From assembly GCA_965209035.1 (NCBI GenBank), contig OZ242372.1:640001-704000 (forward strand): a DNA stretch of 64,000 nucleotides, written 5' to 3'. Shown in pieces: positions 40,643 through 49,821 of this stretch. A program made the position numbers and the translations under genes. The notes under the pieces were generated by a model. That model was not told the DNA's origin and made no database searches. It worked only from the letters and a program-made list of their open reading frames with translations. Position 1 is the stretch's first letter. Every line of letters begins with the position of its first letter. This stretch comes from Gammaproteobacteria bacterium (GTDB lineage: Bacteria > Pseudomonadota > Gammaproteobacteria > CBDBNL01 > JAAOII01).

Positions 40643-40769
40643 TCTCATAAAGGTTCTGGACTCTGAGTTCGGCATTGTGCGTCCTCAGATCAAGCGGCCG
40701 GAGGTTCTGTCGGACGGGTCGAAAATAGATCCGGCAACGGGCCTTCGGTATGTGGAGCTAGATGAATGA
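40635..40769 (+). CDS. Putative 44-aa peptide encoded at the IS left end (copy 2)
   Basis: GTG start; (M)HDLIKVLDSEFGIVRPQIKRPEVLSDGSKIDPATGLRYVELDE; overlaps the stop of transposase 1. Confidence 0.45.
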   Translation: MHDLIKVLDSEFGIVRPQIKRPEVLSDGSKIDPATGLRYVELDE

Positions 40770-41934
40770 AACGGGCAAGAAGGACGGATAGCTGTTTTGC
40801 TCTCACCGCCGCAGACAGCGGAGGCTTGTTGTTGATAAAACTGTCTAGGTGTATCCGCTGGCGAGACGGTACGGTTTGTGAGGGCAGCCGGACTGCACAT
40901 TGGAAATGAGAGGGACACGTTTACGCTACATTGGTTATCGCGTGCGCGGTTTCAATAAAATGGTGGTTTTAGCAAATCAATATTTAAACATGTCTAAAAC
41001 CACCAAAATAAAACTGGACACCTTGGCGTTCGCGCGCAAACATGGTGTCGCGGCCGCGTTGGATCATACCAGGATCAGTCGTGCTACATTCTACGAGTGG
41101 CAGCGGCGTTTCCGTGAAGGCGGGGTCGATGAACTGGCGAACAACTATGGGTATCAGCCCAAGCGGTCCAACACCTGGCCACCGGCACTGATTACCAAGA
41201 TCCGATCTTGGCGACAACAGCGTCCGAACATCGGTGCCGGTAAACTGGTCTGCTTGTTACCCGAATGGTGTCAGCAGCGCGGGCTGCCGCTGCCCAGCCA
41301 ATCAACGCTCTCTCGCATCATTGCCGATGACCCGGATAAGATGCGGTGCAAACCATCGCGGTCCGTGCCGAAACGCCCGCGGCATGGTGCTCCGCGCGAG
41401 CGCAAGGACACCCGCTTTGTTGCGGGCCGGAGAGGTGAATGTGTTGCCTTTGATACGCTCGTCCGCATCGTCGATGGCCGGCGCTTTTATTGGCATGTCG
41501 GCATTGACCTATTTTCCCGCTTCTCACTGGTCAGTGTCGACACCTCCGCTGCTTCGGCCAGTTCCGCCCGGCTCTTTACCGCCATGCAAAACATACTCGG
41601 CACTCGGATCGAAAAAGTCCTCACCGATAATGGCAGTGAGTTCGCCAAAGACTTTCACCGGGTCGTGACCGCAAACGGCAGCACCCACTGGTATACCTAT
41701 CCAAGGAAACCGCAAATGAATGCACACTGCGAACGGTTTAATCGCACTCTCTGGGAAGAGTTCGGTTGTCATATGCGGCATCTCTTGGTTAAGGATATGC
41801 CGGCATTCAACGCCAAACTCATCGAGTGGTTGGCTTGGTATAATCTGGAACGTCCCCATTATGCTCTCAAACAACTCTCGCCAATCCAGTTTTTGCAAAA
41901 ACAACAAAAGTCCAGAAATGGGTGGGATCATACA
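40636..41934 (+). mobile_element. IS481-family insertion sequence, copy 2 (direct tandem, 1304-bp period)
   Basis: Left TGCATGATCTCA, right ..TGGGATCATACA; separated from copy 1 by ATTTG. Confidence 0.88.
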
Positions 41935-41940
41935 ATTTGA
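40906..41940 (+). CDS. IS481-family DDE transposase (copy 2)
   Basis: Same motifs as copy 1; TGA stop supplied by the flanking ATTTGA. Confidence 0.92.
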   Translation: MRGTRLRYIGYRVRGFNKMVVLANQYLNMSKTTKIKLDTLAFARKHGVAAALDHTRISRATFYEWQRRFREGGVDELANNYGYQPKRSNTWPPALITKIRSWRQQRPNIGAGKLVCLLPEWCQQRGLPLPSQSTLSRIIADDPDKMRCKPSRSVPKRPRHGAPRERKDTRFVAGRRGECVAFDTLVRIVDGRRFYWHVGIDLFSRFSLVSVDTSAASASSARLFTAMQNILGTRIEKVLTDNGSEFAKDFHRVVTANGSTHWYTYPRKPQMNAHCERFNRTLWEEFGCHMRHLLVKDMPAFNAKLIEWLAWYNLERPHYALKQLSPIQFLQKQQKSRNGWDHTI

Positions 41941-41956
41941 CCTCATCCCGGTATTT

Positions 41957-41985
41957 TTGACTTATAATACAAGAAATATTATTAT
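41957..41985 (+). promoter_or_regulatory. Putative sigma70 promoter of the symporter operon
   Basis: TTGACT-17 bp-TATTAT, then SD AAGGAG at 42001-42006 and ATG at 42015. Confidence 0.65.
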
Positions 41986-42014
41986 ATTTAATTAACAACA
42001 AAGGAGTAATTATT

Positions 42015-43943
42015 ATGCAAGCTGCAGTTCTTTGGCTGTGGGTTTTAGTTGTCCTGTATTGGGCATATTGCATCTACTGGGGTATCCGGTGTATGCGTAT
42101 GTCCAAGACAGCGGGAGATTACATGATTGCGGGGAGAAGTCTTCCAATCTGGGTATATGTCCTGGCAGCAACTGCCACATCCTTTTCCGGCTGGACTTTT
42201 GTCGGCCACCCCGGTCTGTTATACACATCCGGGTTTCAATATGCTTACGCATCTTTTTATGCTATTACTATTCCGCTTACCGGTCTTCTGTTCCTTAAAA
42301 GGCAATGGCTGCTCGGCAAACGTTTCGGTTATGTAACACCGGGCGAAATGTTCGGTGATTATTTCCGTTCCAATGCCATTCGTGTGTTGATCGTAATAGT
42401 TGCGTTTATATTTTCCGTGCCTTATCTGGGCATTCAGTTACGTGCCTCCGGCTTTTTGTTTCATGTATTGACAAACGAGGCCGTAGGTATTAACGCAGGG
42501 ATGATCCTTCTTTCCGCGGTGGTGATACTTTATGTAGCATCCGGTGGTCTGAGGGCTGTTGCCTATGTGGATACATTGCAAGCAGTTTTGCTGGCATTCG
42601 GTATTCTACTCATTGGCTTTATCTCTCTGACTGCAATAGGCGGGATAGAAAGCTTTTCACGAGGGATTTTCCAGTTATCTCAAATTGATCAAAACCGAAC
42701 ACCGGCGGGTTATAGCCATTACATCGCCATTCCGGGAGTCATTCAGTTTGTATCCGCGGGTGCCAAGGCACAAGGCGGAGCATGGACCGGGGCAATGAAT
42801 CTGACTTATATGTTCGCTCTTATGGGTATTCAATCCTCGCCGGCATTTTCTATGTGGGCATTTGCCAATCAAACACCGCGTTCCTTCGCACCTCAACAGG
42901 TATGGGCGTCTTCTTTTGGTATTGGTTTCATTCTGATCGTCTTTACCGCGATTCAAGGTATGGGCGGACATCTGCTTGGAGCGGATACGGCTTTCAACGC
43001 CGCATACCCAAACAGTGTGAATAATATCCTGGGAGATGGCCTTGGCGGCTTGGATCTGCTTCAAGTTGCCGGCGCCCAAGGGCAGTTGGTTCCGCGCTTG
43101 ATTCAGTCTCTGGGCGATACTGCTCCGTTTCTGGTGGGTCTGCTGGCAGTCTGTGCGCTTGCCGCAATGCAATCCACAGGTGCGGCTTATATGTCCACGG
43201 CCGGTACCATGCTGACACGCGATGTCCTCTTACATTTCTTCAATCCGAAAATGTCGGACGGCACACAAAAATTTTGGGCGCGTCTCAGTGTGTTAGTTAT
43301 TGTTGGCTTGGCATTGGTTGTTGCGATCACTTCCACGGATGCTCTGGTTCTGCTCGGCGGGCTGGCAGTCGCATTTGGTTTTCAAATGTGGACAGCTCTC
43401 ATGGCGATATGCTACTTTCCTTGGCTTACCAGAACCGGTGTTGTCGTTGGCTTGGTTTTGGGACTGATTGCCGTGATGATGACGGAAAGCATCGGCGTAT
43501 CCTGGTTTGGCATAGAAGCCTGGGGTCGCTGGCCTCTGACATTGCATTCCGCTTTCTGGGGTATGCTGTTTAACCTGCCTGTGGCAATTGCCATTTCGTT
43601 CTTCACGCAGAACGCGGAAGATGCCGCACACAAAAATAAGTTCCACGACTTTTTGCGCGCCCACAGCGGCGTTCCGCAAGAGAAGAGAAGTTTGGTGCCG
43701 GTGGCATGGATCTTCGCTTTGGTGTGGTTCTTCTTTGGCGTAGGACCCGGTGCGGTCATTGGCAATACTCTGTTTGGCAATCCCAACGATATTAACACCT
43801 GGCTTTTTGGCATCCCTTCCATTTGGACATGGCAAATCATCTGGTGGGCTATCGGGGTTTGCATGATGTGGTTTCTTGCTTATAAGATGGAATTTTCCAC
43901 CTTTGGCGAGAAAGCGGACAGCATCAAGACCCTAAAAGAATAA
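42015..43943 (+). CDS. Sodium:solute symporter family protein (possibly monocarboxylate/acetate)
   Basis: DY.IAGR.LP, TSFSGWTFVG.PG, GGLRAVAY.D..Q, AAMQST; many TM helices; divergent from acs. Confidence 0.88.
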   Translation: MQAAVLWLWVLVVLYWAYCIYWGIRCMRMSKTAGDYMIAGRSLPIWVYVLAATATSFSGWTFVGHPGLLYTSGFQYAYASFYAITIPLTGLLFLKRQWLLGKRFGYVTPGEMFGDYFRSNAIRVLIVIVAFIFSVPYLGIQLRASGFLFHVLTNEAVGINAGMILLSAVVILYVASGGLRAVAYVDTLQAVLLAFGILLIGFISLTAIGGIESFSRGIFQLSQIDQNRTPAGYSHYIAIPGVIQFVSAGAKAQGGAWTGAMNLTYMFALMGIQSSPAFSMWAFANQTPRSFAPQQVWASSFGIGFILIVFTAIQGMGGHLLGADTAFNAAYPNSVNNILGDGLGGLDLLQVAGAQGQLVPRLIQSLGDTAPFLVGLLAVCALAAMQSTGAAYMSTAGTMLTRDVLLHFFNPKMSDGTQKFWARLSVLVIVGLALVVAITSTDALVLLGGLAVAFGFQMWTALMAICYFPWLTRTGVVVGLVLGLIAVMMTESIGVSWFGIEAWGRWPLTLHSAFWGMLFNLPVAIAISFFTQNAEDAAHKNKFHDFLRAHSGVPQEKRSLVPVAWIFALVWFFFGVGPGAVIGNTLFGNPNDINTWLFGIPSIWTWQIIWWAIGVCMMWFLAYKMEFSTFGEKADSIKTLKE

Positions 43944-43978
43944 GGGGATTGCAAACCTAATAACCATCCCGACCATTT

Positions 43979-44188
43979 ATGCTTCTCGGCGTAGTCATTT
44001 TGGCGGCACTGCTTTATTATCCGGTGTATCGGTTAATTCTTGTGTTAAGTGTCGGTCGCCTGCAGAAAAAACTCGGCAAACCTCTGTCCGAAGAGGAAAT
44101 CAACGGACAGAAACGCCGGGCACTTTTTATTTCTATTCTGCTGGTGCCCGTGTTTTCGTACATTTACAATGTGGGGATAAACGCTTGA
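43979..44188 (+). CDS. Small two-TM membrane protein
   Basis: 69 aa, two hydrophobic segments, tightly packed between the symporter and TPR genes. Confidence 0.65.
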   Translation: MLLGVVILAALLYYPVYRLILVLSVGRLQKKLGKPLSEEEINGQKRRALFISILLVPVFSYIYNVGINA

Positions 44189-44776
44189 ATGAAGCAAGAC
44201 AGCCAATATGCGGCTCTTAAGTATGTCGCCTTTGGACTGGGAGCGGTATGGTTAATATGGATCTTTTATGACGGCGTCCTGCAGGACGCCGGAGATCCAT
44301 TAAAATCCGCTTACAATCGCGCATCGCGCGATTTTAAAGACGGTCATTACGACAAAGCACTCGCAAGTTATGATGCCGTGCTTTCCATTGAGCCAAACCA
44401 CGAGGGGGCTCTTGGCGGCAAGGCCGCTTCTTTTTCAATGCTTGGACGATACCAAGAATCTTTGGAAACTTACAATTTTTTAATTCGCGAATATCCGGGA
44501 GACGGCATTCATTATGCCAATCGCGGCATACTGCACGACAGGATGGGCTCTTATCGCCCGGCAATAGCCGACTATGACAAGGCTTATCAGCTGGATAAGG
44601 ATCTGAACAAGGGACCGGGTTGGTTGACGCGGTTTTTACGCAATCAACAAAAAACTCCCGCTACCATAGTTGCCAGATCACATTACCTGAAAGAGCAACT
44701 GAAGTTGCCACCGCAGGAAAGAGTTTTGACTAACCCGCCGGAAGACAAAAAACAAAGACCCTATATCAGAAGATAG
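44189..44776 (+). CDS. Membrane-anchored TPR protein
   Basis: N-terminal TM, three TPR-like repeats (G.Y..AL..Y, YANRG..D..G.Y..A..DY). Confidence 0.85.
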   Translation: MKQDSQYAALKYVAFGLGAVWLIWIFYDGVLQDAGDPLKSAYNRASRDFKDGHYDKALASYDAVLSIEPNHEGALGGKAASFSMLGRYQESLETYNFLIREYPGDGIHYANRGILHDRMGSYRPAIADYDKAYQLDKDLNKGPGWLTRFLRNQQKTPATIVARSHYLKEQLKLPPQERVLTNPPEDKKQRPYIRR

Positions 44777-44789
44777 CGGGTCTATGCCA

Positions 44790-44816
44790 TGCGGGGCTGT
44801 GCGGGGCCGTGCGGGG
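44790..44816. repeat. Decamer tandem repeat (TGCGGGGCYG) x~3 between convergent genes
   Basis: tgcggggctg tgcggggccg tgcgggg. Confidence 0.8.
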
Positions 44817-44819
44817 TTA

Positions 44820-45956
44820 TTACCGGCTGATCCTTTTTTGAGTGCGCGGAGAAAACAGATGGAATTCTTTAACACTGAGACGAATTTTTTCGCCGACGCC
44901 AAAGTTTTGCCGTCGATGAAACAGGACAATTAATGGGTCTCCGGGCGGCGACAGACAATGCAGCACAGTTTGTGAACCCGTGTGTTCCGCCAATGTAACC
45001 CGCACTTCCGTTCCTTCTCTCGTGCTCGCTTCTTTGTCTTTTTTAATGCTCTTTTTTTCCGAAGCAGATAAATGAAAATGTTCGGGGCGAACACCGAGGA
45101 TCACTTCTTTCTCCCTATTATCATTGTTATCATTACCTTTTACACTTGCGACATCCGTATTGGGTAACTCGAGTGACCAGTTGTTTTTATGAAATACAAG
45201 TGCGCCCTTCTCTCTTCGCACAGTTCCCCGGATAAAATTCATTGCCGGCGAGCCAATGAAACCCGCCACAAACAGGTTGTTCGGTTTGTCATACAACTCC
45301 ATCGGTTTTCCCTGCCGAACAATGCGACCGCGATCCAAAATGACGACTTGATCGGCAAGGGTCATGGCTTCCACCTGGTCGTGGGTTACATAAATAATGG
45401 TGTTCTTAAATTTTTGATGCAGTCTTTTGATTTCGGAACGCATGTGCATACGCAATTTGGCGTCCAAGTTAGACAGAGGTTCGTCAAACAAAAATAAATC
45501 GGGATTACGCACCAGAGCGCGACCCATCGCAACGCGTTGCCTTTGGCCGCCGGATAATTGGGCGGGGCGATAACTGAGTTGCTCGCGAAGATTGAGCGTA
45601 TCGGCGACCTCCCCCACCCTTCTTTTTATTTCTTTGGCGGATACCTTGCGAATTTTTAAGCCGTAAGAAATATTGTCGTAAACATTCATATGGGGAAAGA
45701 GCGCGTAGCTCTGAAAAACCATTGAAGTGTTTCTTTGTTGGGGAGCGAGACGGGTGTAGTCCCGGTTATTGACTAGAACCCGTCCCCGGGTGGGCTCTTC
45801 CAGACCGGCAATGATCCGCAGAAGAGTTGTTTTGCCGCAACCGGAAGGGCCGATCAGGACGACAAATTCTTTATCGGCAATTTTCATGTTGATGTTTTCA
45901 AGGACAGCTTTGTCGCCAAATGATTTGTCAATGTTTTTGATTTCAAGTTTTGCCAT
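44820..45956 (-). CDS. Sugar ABC transporter ATP-binding protein (MalK/UgpC family)
   Basis: GPSGCGKT, LSGGQRQR, DEPLSNLDAKLR, VTHDQVEAM, FIGSPAMN. Confidence 0.95.
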   Translation of the reverse strand: MAKLEIKNIDKSFGDKAVLENINMKIADKEFVVLIGPSGCGKTTLLRIIAGLEEPTRGRVLVNNRDYTRLAPQQRNTSMVFQSYALFPHMNVYDNISYGLKIRKVSAKEIKRRVGEVADTLNLREQLSYRPAQLSGGQRQRVAMGRALVRNPDLFLFDEPLSNLDAKLRMHMRSEIKRLHQKFKNTIIYVTHDQVEAMTLADQVVILDRGRIVRQGKPMELYDKPNNLFVAGFIGSPAMNFIRGTVRREKGALVFHKNNWSLELPNTDVASVKGNDNNDNREKEVILGVRPEHFHLSASEKKSIKKDKEASTREGTEVRVTLAEHTGSQTVLHCLSPPGDPLIVLFHRRQNFGVGEKIRLSVKEFHLFSPRTQKRISR

Positions 45957-45986
45957 GGTGTTACTGTTTGTGTTTGTTTGTTATTG

Positions 45987-46787
45987 TTAGAAACTGTTTG
46001 TGTTGCTGTCGGTGATCTCGGCTGCCATGCCAATATTGCCGACACTCAGTCCGCAATCTACGGGTAGCAGAACGCCGCTAATGGCGGCTGCCTTGTCCGA
46101 GAGTAAGAATTCGGCCGCATCGGCAATATCCTGCGGACAGACCAAGCGGCCGAGCGGATAATATTTGCGGAGAGTTTGCATTAGTTGCGGTCGCTTGGCC
46201 AGACGCTGTTCCCAGGCGACTGTCTTGACAGAACCGGGACAGATGGCATTAATCCGCAGTCCGTGACGGCCGTATTCGGCCGCCAGGGAAAAGACCATAT
46301 TATGAAGAGCCGCTTTGGCCGCACTGTAGGCCGGATTCCCGTAATACCGGAAACCGTTGACACTACCGATGAACAACATCACTCCCGCCCTTTTTATGAA
46401 GGCCGGCATCAGCGCATGGCAACAATAATAGGCGGAATTCATATTTAAGTTCATCTCCGTTTGCCATTGGGTCGGGTCTAAGGCCGCGTATGTTTCCGCT
46501 CGGGTCTCGCCGACATTGTTGATAAACCTTGTAATGCCAGAATTCTCCGCGGGCAACCGAGAAAAAACCTTCGCCACTTCGGCGGCGGAAGTAACATCCA
46601 AGCAGACAAACCGTACTCTGCCATCGCATTCGGTGAGAGTGTTGTTAATGCGTTCGGCGGATTTTTGCCCCGCCTTCTCGTCCCGGTCTATGGCGAACAC
46701 TTGCATACCCAAGCGGGCAAAATGAGCGGTCAGTGCTTCGCCTATGCCTTTGGCAGATCCGGTAATGATGATCCCTGCGGCTTTCAT
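45987..46787 (-). CDS. Short-chain dehydrogenase/reductase
   Basis: ITGSAKGIG, NNVG, YSAAK, RINAICPG. Confidence 0.92.
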   Translation of the reverse strand: MKAAGIIITGSAKGIGEALTAHFARLGMQVFAIDRDEKAGQKSAERINNTLTECDGRVRFVCLDVTSAAEVAKVFSRLPAENSGITRFINNVGETRAETYAALDPTQWQTEMNLNMNSAYYCCHALMPAFIKRAGVMLFIGSVNGFRYYGNPAYSAAKAALHNMVFSLAAEYGRHGLRINAICPGSVKTVAWEQRLAKRPQLMQTLRKYYPLGRLVCPQDIADAAEFLLSDKAAAISGVLLPVDCGLSVGNIGMAAEITDSNTNSF

Positions 46788-47968
46788 ATGGCGTTCCGGC
46801 CTCTTTTGTGCAAAATTTGTTTAAGGGTTTTCAAATTATCGGTTGTTAGGAGACCGTAGTTATAAAAAGCAATTTGAGGAATTTCGTGCTTTGCCAATTC
46901 CGGAAGTATTTGATTGAGTTCTTCGGTCTGCATATCCGGTAAGCCGGGACGCAGAATGCAGTTGATGTCTGCCTTTGCCGCGGCCGAGCGATTGCGAACC
47001 ATTAGGAAATTGGCAAGAATTTTTGTGAAGTTGTCGCCATAAAGCGGAAGTTCCAAATAATCCGACGCTTTGGCAAGGGCGGCATAATCCGTTCCTTCGG
47101 TCCAAGCAAGGCCGAGCGGTTGTCGAACACTCGGGATACAACCCAGGGATACCGCCGAAGGAATACTTTGTTTTATCTCGCCGACCAAAGATGTCACTTG
47201 TTGGCTGCGCCAATTAATGAAATCACCGAGGCCTTCGCCTTGTTTGTCTTGCAGAAAATCATAGAGCATCCAGCTTTCGGCACTGTCGGCGAGATCCGGC
47301 GCGTAGTTTAGTTGAAAATCCAATTGCTTTTTGACTTTGTCACGGACGGAAACAAAGTCTATGCCGGCCGCCTCGGCTCGCTTTTGGCAGGCCTCGCAAA
47401 AACACAATCCCAGCAGAGTTTCAACAAAAGCATTGAGCGGAAATTGCGAAAATTCATGGTGGTAACCGTGCGCGTAAGGCATAAAGCCGGGCGTTTCAAC
47501 AACGATGCTTTGGATGGGATAATTCTCGGCCAGGTCTTTGCAGAGAGTGACGGCGTATTCTCGGACAGAATCTTGAGACAAGCATAAGTTGTACACATAT
47601 CCGTCGCCATAGACATTCTTGACTGTGAGGTGCGGGTGTTTGCCACCCAGTCGGCTGTTGTGAAAGAGCACTGTCCAAGCGCGAACATCGGCTTGAGTGG
47701 CAATCTTTTTATAAAGATCCGTATCGTTTACGATGGAACTCATTTGGGGTTTGACTTCGCCGTAAACCGCCCGCGGACGAAAGTAAACCGTGCCGTCTTC
47801 GGGAAAGTAAACGCGAGATTTTTGGTTGCGCGGCTGCAAGAACTTGCCGGCATGATAGGATGCCGCCAGAGTGATGCTGTCGCAGCCGAGGGATTTTAAG
47901 TCAGTTAATGCGTCCCGCAGTGGTCTGTCGGCCAGGTCCCATAAGTATACATAAGCGGAAAATTTCAT
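46784..47968 (-). CDS. Hypothetical protein, probable TIM-barrel (glycoside hydrolase-like) enzyme
   Basis: ATG at 47968 overlaps the permease stop (ATGA); Y.WDL, SYHAG, AWTV.FH, ETPGF, H.YHHE, C.C..C, FYNYG. Fold call is inference. Confidence 0.65.
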   Translation of the reverse strand: MKFSAYVYLWDLADRPLRDALTDLKSLGCDSITLAASYHAGKFLQPRNQKSRVYFPEDGTVYFRPRAVYGEVKPQMSSIVNDTDLYKKIATQADVRAWTVLFHNSRLGGKHPHLTVKNVYGDGYVYNLCLSQDSVREYAVTLCKDLAENYPIQSIVVETPGFMPYAHGYHHEFSQFPLNAFVETLLGLCFCEACQKRAEAAGIDFVSVRDKVKKQLDFQLNYAPDLADSAESWMLYDFLQDKQGEGLGDFINWRSQQVTSLVGEIKQSIPSAVSLGCIPSVRQPLGLAWTEGTDYAALAKASDYLELPLYGDNFTKILANFLMVRNRSAAAKADINCILRPGLPDMQTEELNQILPELAKHEIPQIAFYNYGLLTTDNLKTLKQILHKRGRNAI

Positions 47969-48795
47969 TTTACCGCTCCCATGGACAGACCTTCTATGAG
48001 GTACTTTTGCAGCCAAGCAAAAGCGATCGCCACGGGAAGAATTGCAAGCAGACTGGCGCCCATCACATGATGCCATTCTATTGAGTATCGGCCGCCGACC
48101 AGAGAATGAACTTGCAAAGTGAGGGTGAACTTCTCTTGCGAACGCAGCACGGACAGGGCTATGACGAATTCATTCCATGCCATGACGAAAGTGAAAATGG
48201 CGGCTACAACCAGGGCCGGAAGTGCAAGGGGTAAAAATACGCCGATGACGCCGCGCAGCCTTCCGCAGCCTTCCAGCCAGGCCGCTTCTTCCAGATCCTT
48301 GGGGATCGTCGCAAAGTAATTTTGCAGCATCCAAACACAAAACGCAAGATTGAAAGCGGTATAACATAAAACCAGAGAATTCAGTTGGTCTATGAGACCC
48401 AGATAAGCAATGAGTTTAAACAGCCCGACGACAAGAACAATCGGCGAGAGCATTTGAGTTACCAGTAAGAAGTAACTGACAAAATTTTTGGCGCGAAATT
48501 TGTAACGTGCCAGCGCGTAAGCCATCGGGACGGCAATGAACAGAGTGCAGATGGTGCTGGCACCCGCCACATACAAACTGTTAACCAGGGCTCTGCCGAA
48601 GCCGGTCGCTTGCCACATGTCCGCATAGTTCCGCCAATTGAACATTTCGGGCAGCCAGCGAGTCGGATAGGCGAATACTTCCGCCTGGGACTTGAGCGAG
48701 GTGAGCAGCATGACAGCCATCGGGAACAAAATAAAAAATAGAACCGGAAGCATGAACGACCAGCAGATTAAAGTCTTATATAGTTTGTTTTGCAC
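47965..48795 (-). CDS. Carbohydrate ABC transporter permease (MalG-like)
   Basis: EAA loop IPKDLEEAAWLEG, WNEF, QKYLIEGL..GAVK. Confidence 0.93.
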   Translation of the reverse strand: MQNKLYKTLICWSFMLPVLFFILFPMAVMLLTSLKSQAEVFAYPTRWLPEMFNWRNYADMWQATGFGRALVNSLYVAGASTICTLFIAVPMAYALARYKFRAKNFVSYFLLVTQMLSPIVLVVGLFKLIAYLGLIDQLNSLVLCYTAFNLAFCVWMLQNYFATIPKDLEEAAWLEGCGRLRGVIGVFLPLALPALVVAAIFTFVMAWNEFVIALSVLRSQEKFTLTLQVHSLVGGRYSIEWHHVMGASLLAILPVAIAFAWLQKYLIEGLSMGAVK

Positions 48796-49696
48796 TTTTT
48801 TGTATCAGTCGGATATATAAAACAATAAAAATCATTAGGATGGCGAACATAATCAGCGAAAGAGCGGCGGCATCATCCAAACGCCCGAAACGAAATGCCA
48901 ACTTGTATAAATAAGTTACCAGAATGTCCGTGGCATTTGCGGGACCTCCCTGAGTGGTGACCCAAATGATCGGGAAAGAATTAAAGACATAAATCATGTT
49001 CAACACAATTGCCATGTTCAAAAAAGGACGCATCATTGGCAAGGTGAGGGTGTAAAATCTGCGCACATAGTCGGCGCCTTCCACTCTGGCCGCATCATAA
49101 ATCTCCGCGGAAATAGACGCCAAACCGCCAAGAAAAATTGCAACTGTGAACGGAATAGAAACAATGATGCCGATGACTATTTGCCAGGCAAATGCGGTGA
49201 TTGCCGTCCCAAACCAAAATATAGGTTCGTTGATTAACCCGGCCTGACGTAACAGATGGTTCATTAACCCGTATTCTCCGTTTAGAACCCAACGCCAAAC
49301 AATGCCCATCATGGCAAGAGAGATTGCCCAGGGTAACATGATCAAAACACGGGCGATGTTTCTGCCGTAAAAATTTTCTCGCAGAATTAATGCCAGGGGC
49401 ATAGACAAAACAATGGTCCCCGTAACCACAAGGATCATCCATATCAGGGTGCGCGCAAGAGCGCCAAAAAATAAAGGGTCGGTAAGAACAGTGCCGAAGT
49501 TTTCCAGACCGACAAAACCGCGCAGGCTGCCAAAACGACTTACATTATGCGATGCCAGAATAATGAGCTCCGTTAGCGGGTAAAGAATGACAAATCCCGC
49601 AAACAATAATCCGGGAAGGACCATCATATAAGGGAAGTATCCGCCTCTTTGGCGCAAGTTTTCCTTGGGCCTCACTTTTTCTTCTTGCCGCCGCAC
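48776..49696 (-). CDS. Carbohydrate ABC transporter permease (MalF-like)
   Basis: FVGLENF, LPWA, IYDAARVEGA, T.GGP. Confidence 0.93.
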   Translation of the reverse strand: MRRQEEKVRPKENLRQRGGYFPYMMVLPGLLFAGFVILYPLTELIILASHNVSRFGSLRGFVGLENFGTVLTDPLFFGALARTLIWMILVVTGTIVLSMPLALILRENFYGRNIARVLIMLPWAISLAMMGIVWRWVLNGEYGLMNHLLRQAGLINEPIFWFGTAITAFAWQIVIGIIVSIPFTVAIFLGGLASISAEIYDAARVEGADYVRRFYTLTLPMMRPFLNMAIVLNMIYVFNSFPIIWVTTQGGPANATDILVTYLYKLAFRFGRLDDAAALSLIMFAILMIFIVLYIRLIQKSAKQTI

Positions 49697-49775
49697 TATT
49701 ATTGCACTCTTATATCACCAAAAAGATGAACGGGGTTCTCTCTTTTTGTTAAATTCAAAACCGCTGTAAACCGCC

Positions 49776-49800
49776 ATGGCACCGTATAAAACGGTGCCAT
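49776..49800 (-). other. Intercistronic stem-loop after the binding-protein gene
   Basis: atggcaccgt-ataaa-acggtgccat, perfect 10-bp stem; probable mRNA stabiliser or partial terminator. Confidence 0.7.
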
Positions 49801-49821
49801 AACGAGAAATAATTGACTTAT

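Noticed and set aside
40416-40769. 117-aa +1-frame ORF overlapping transposase 1
   Set aside because: The 5' part shadows the transposase; only the last 44 codons show coding-type substitutions, and these are reported separately
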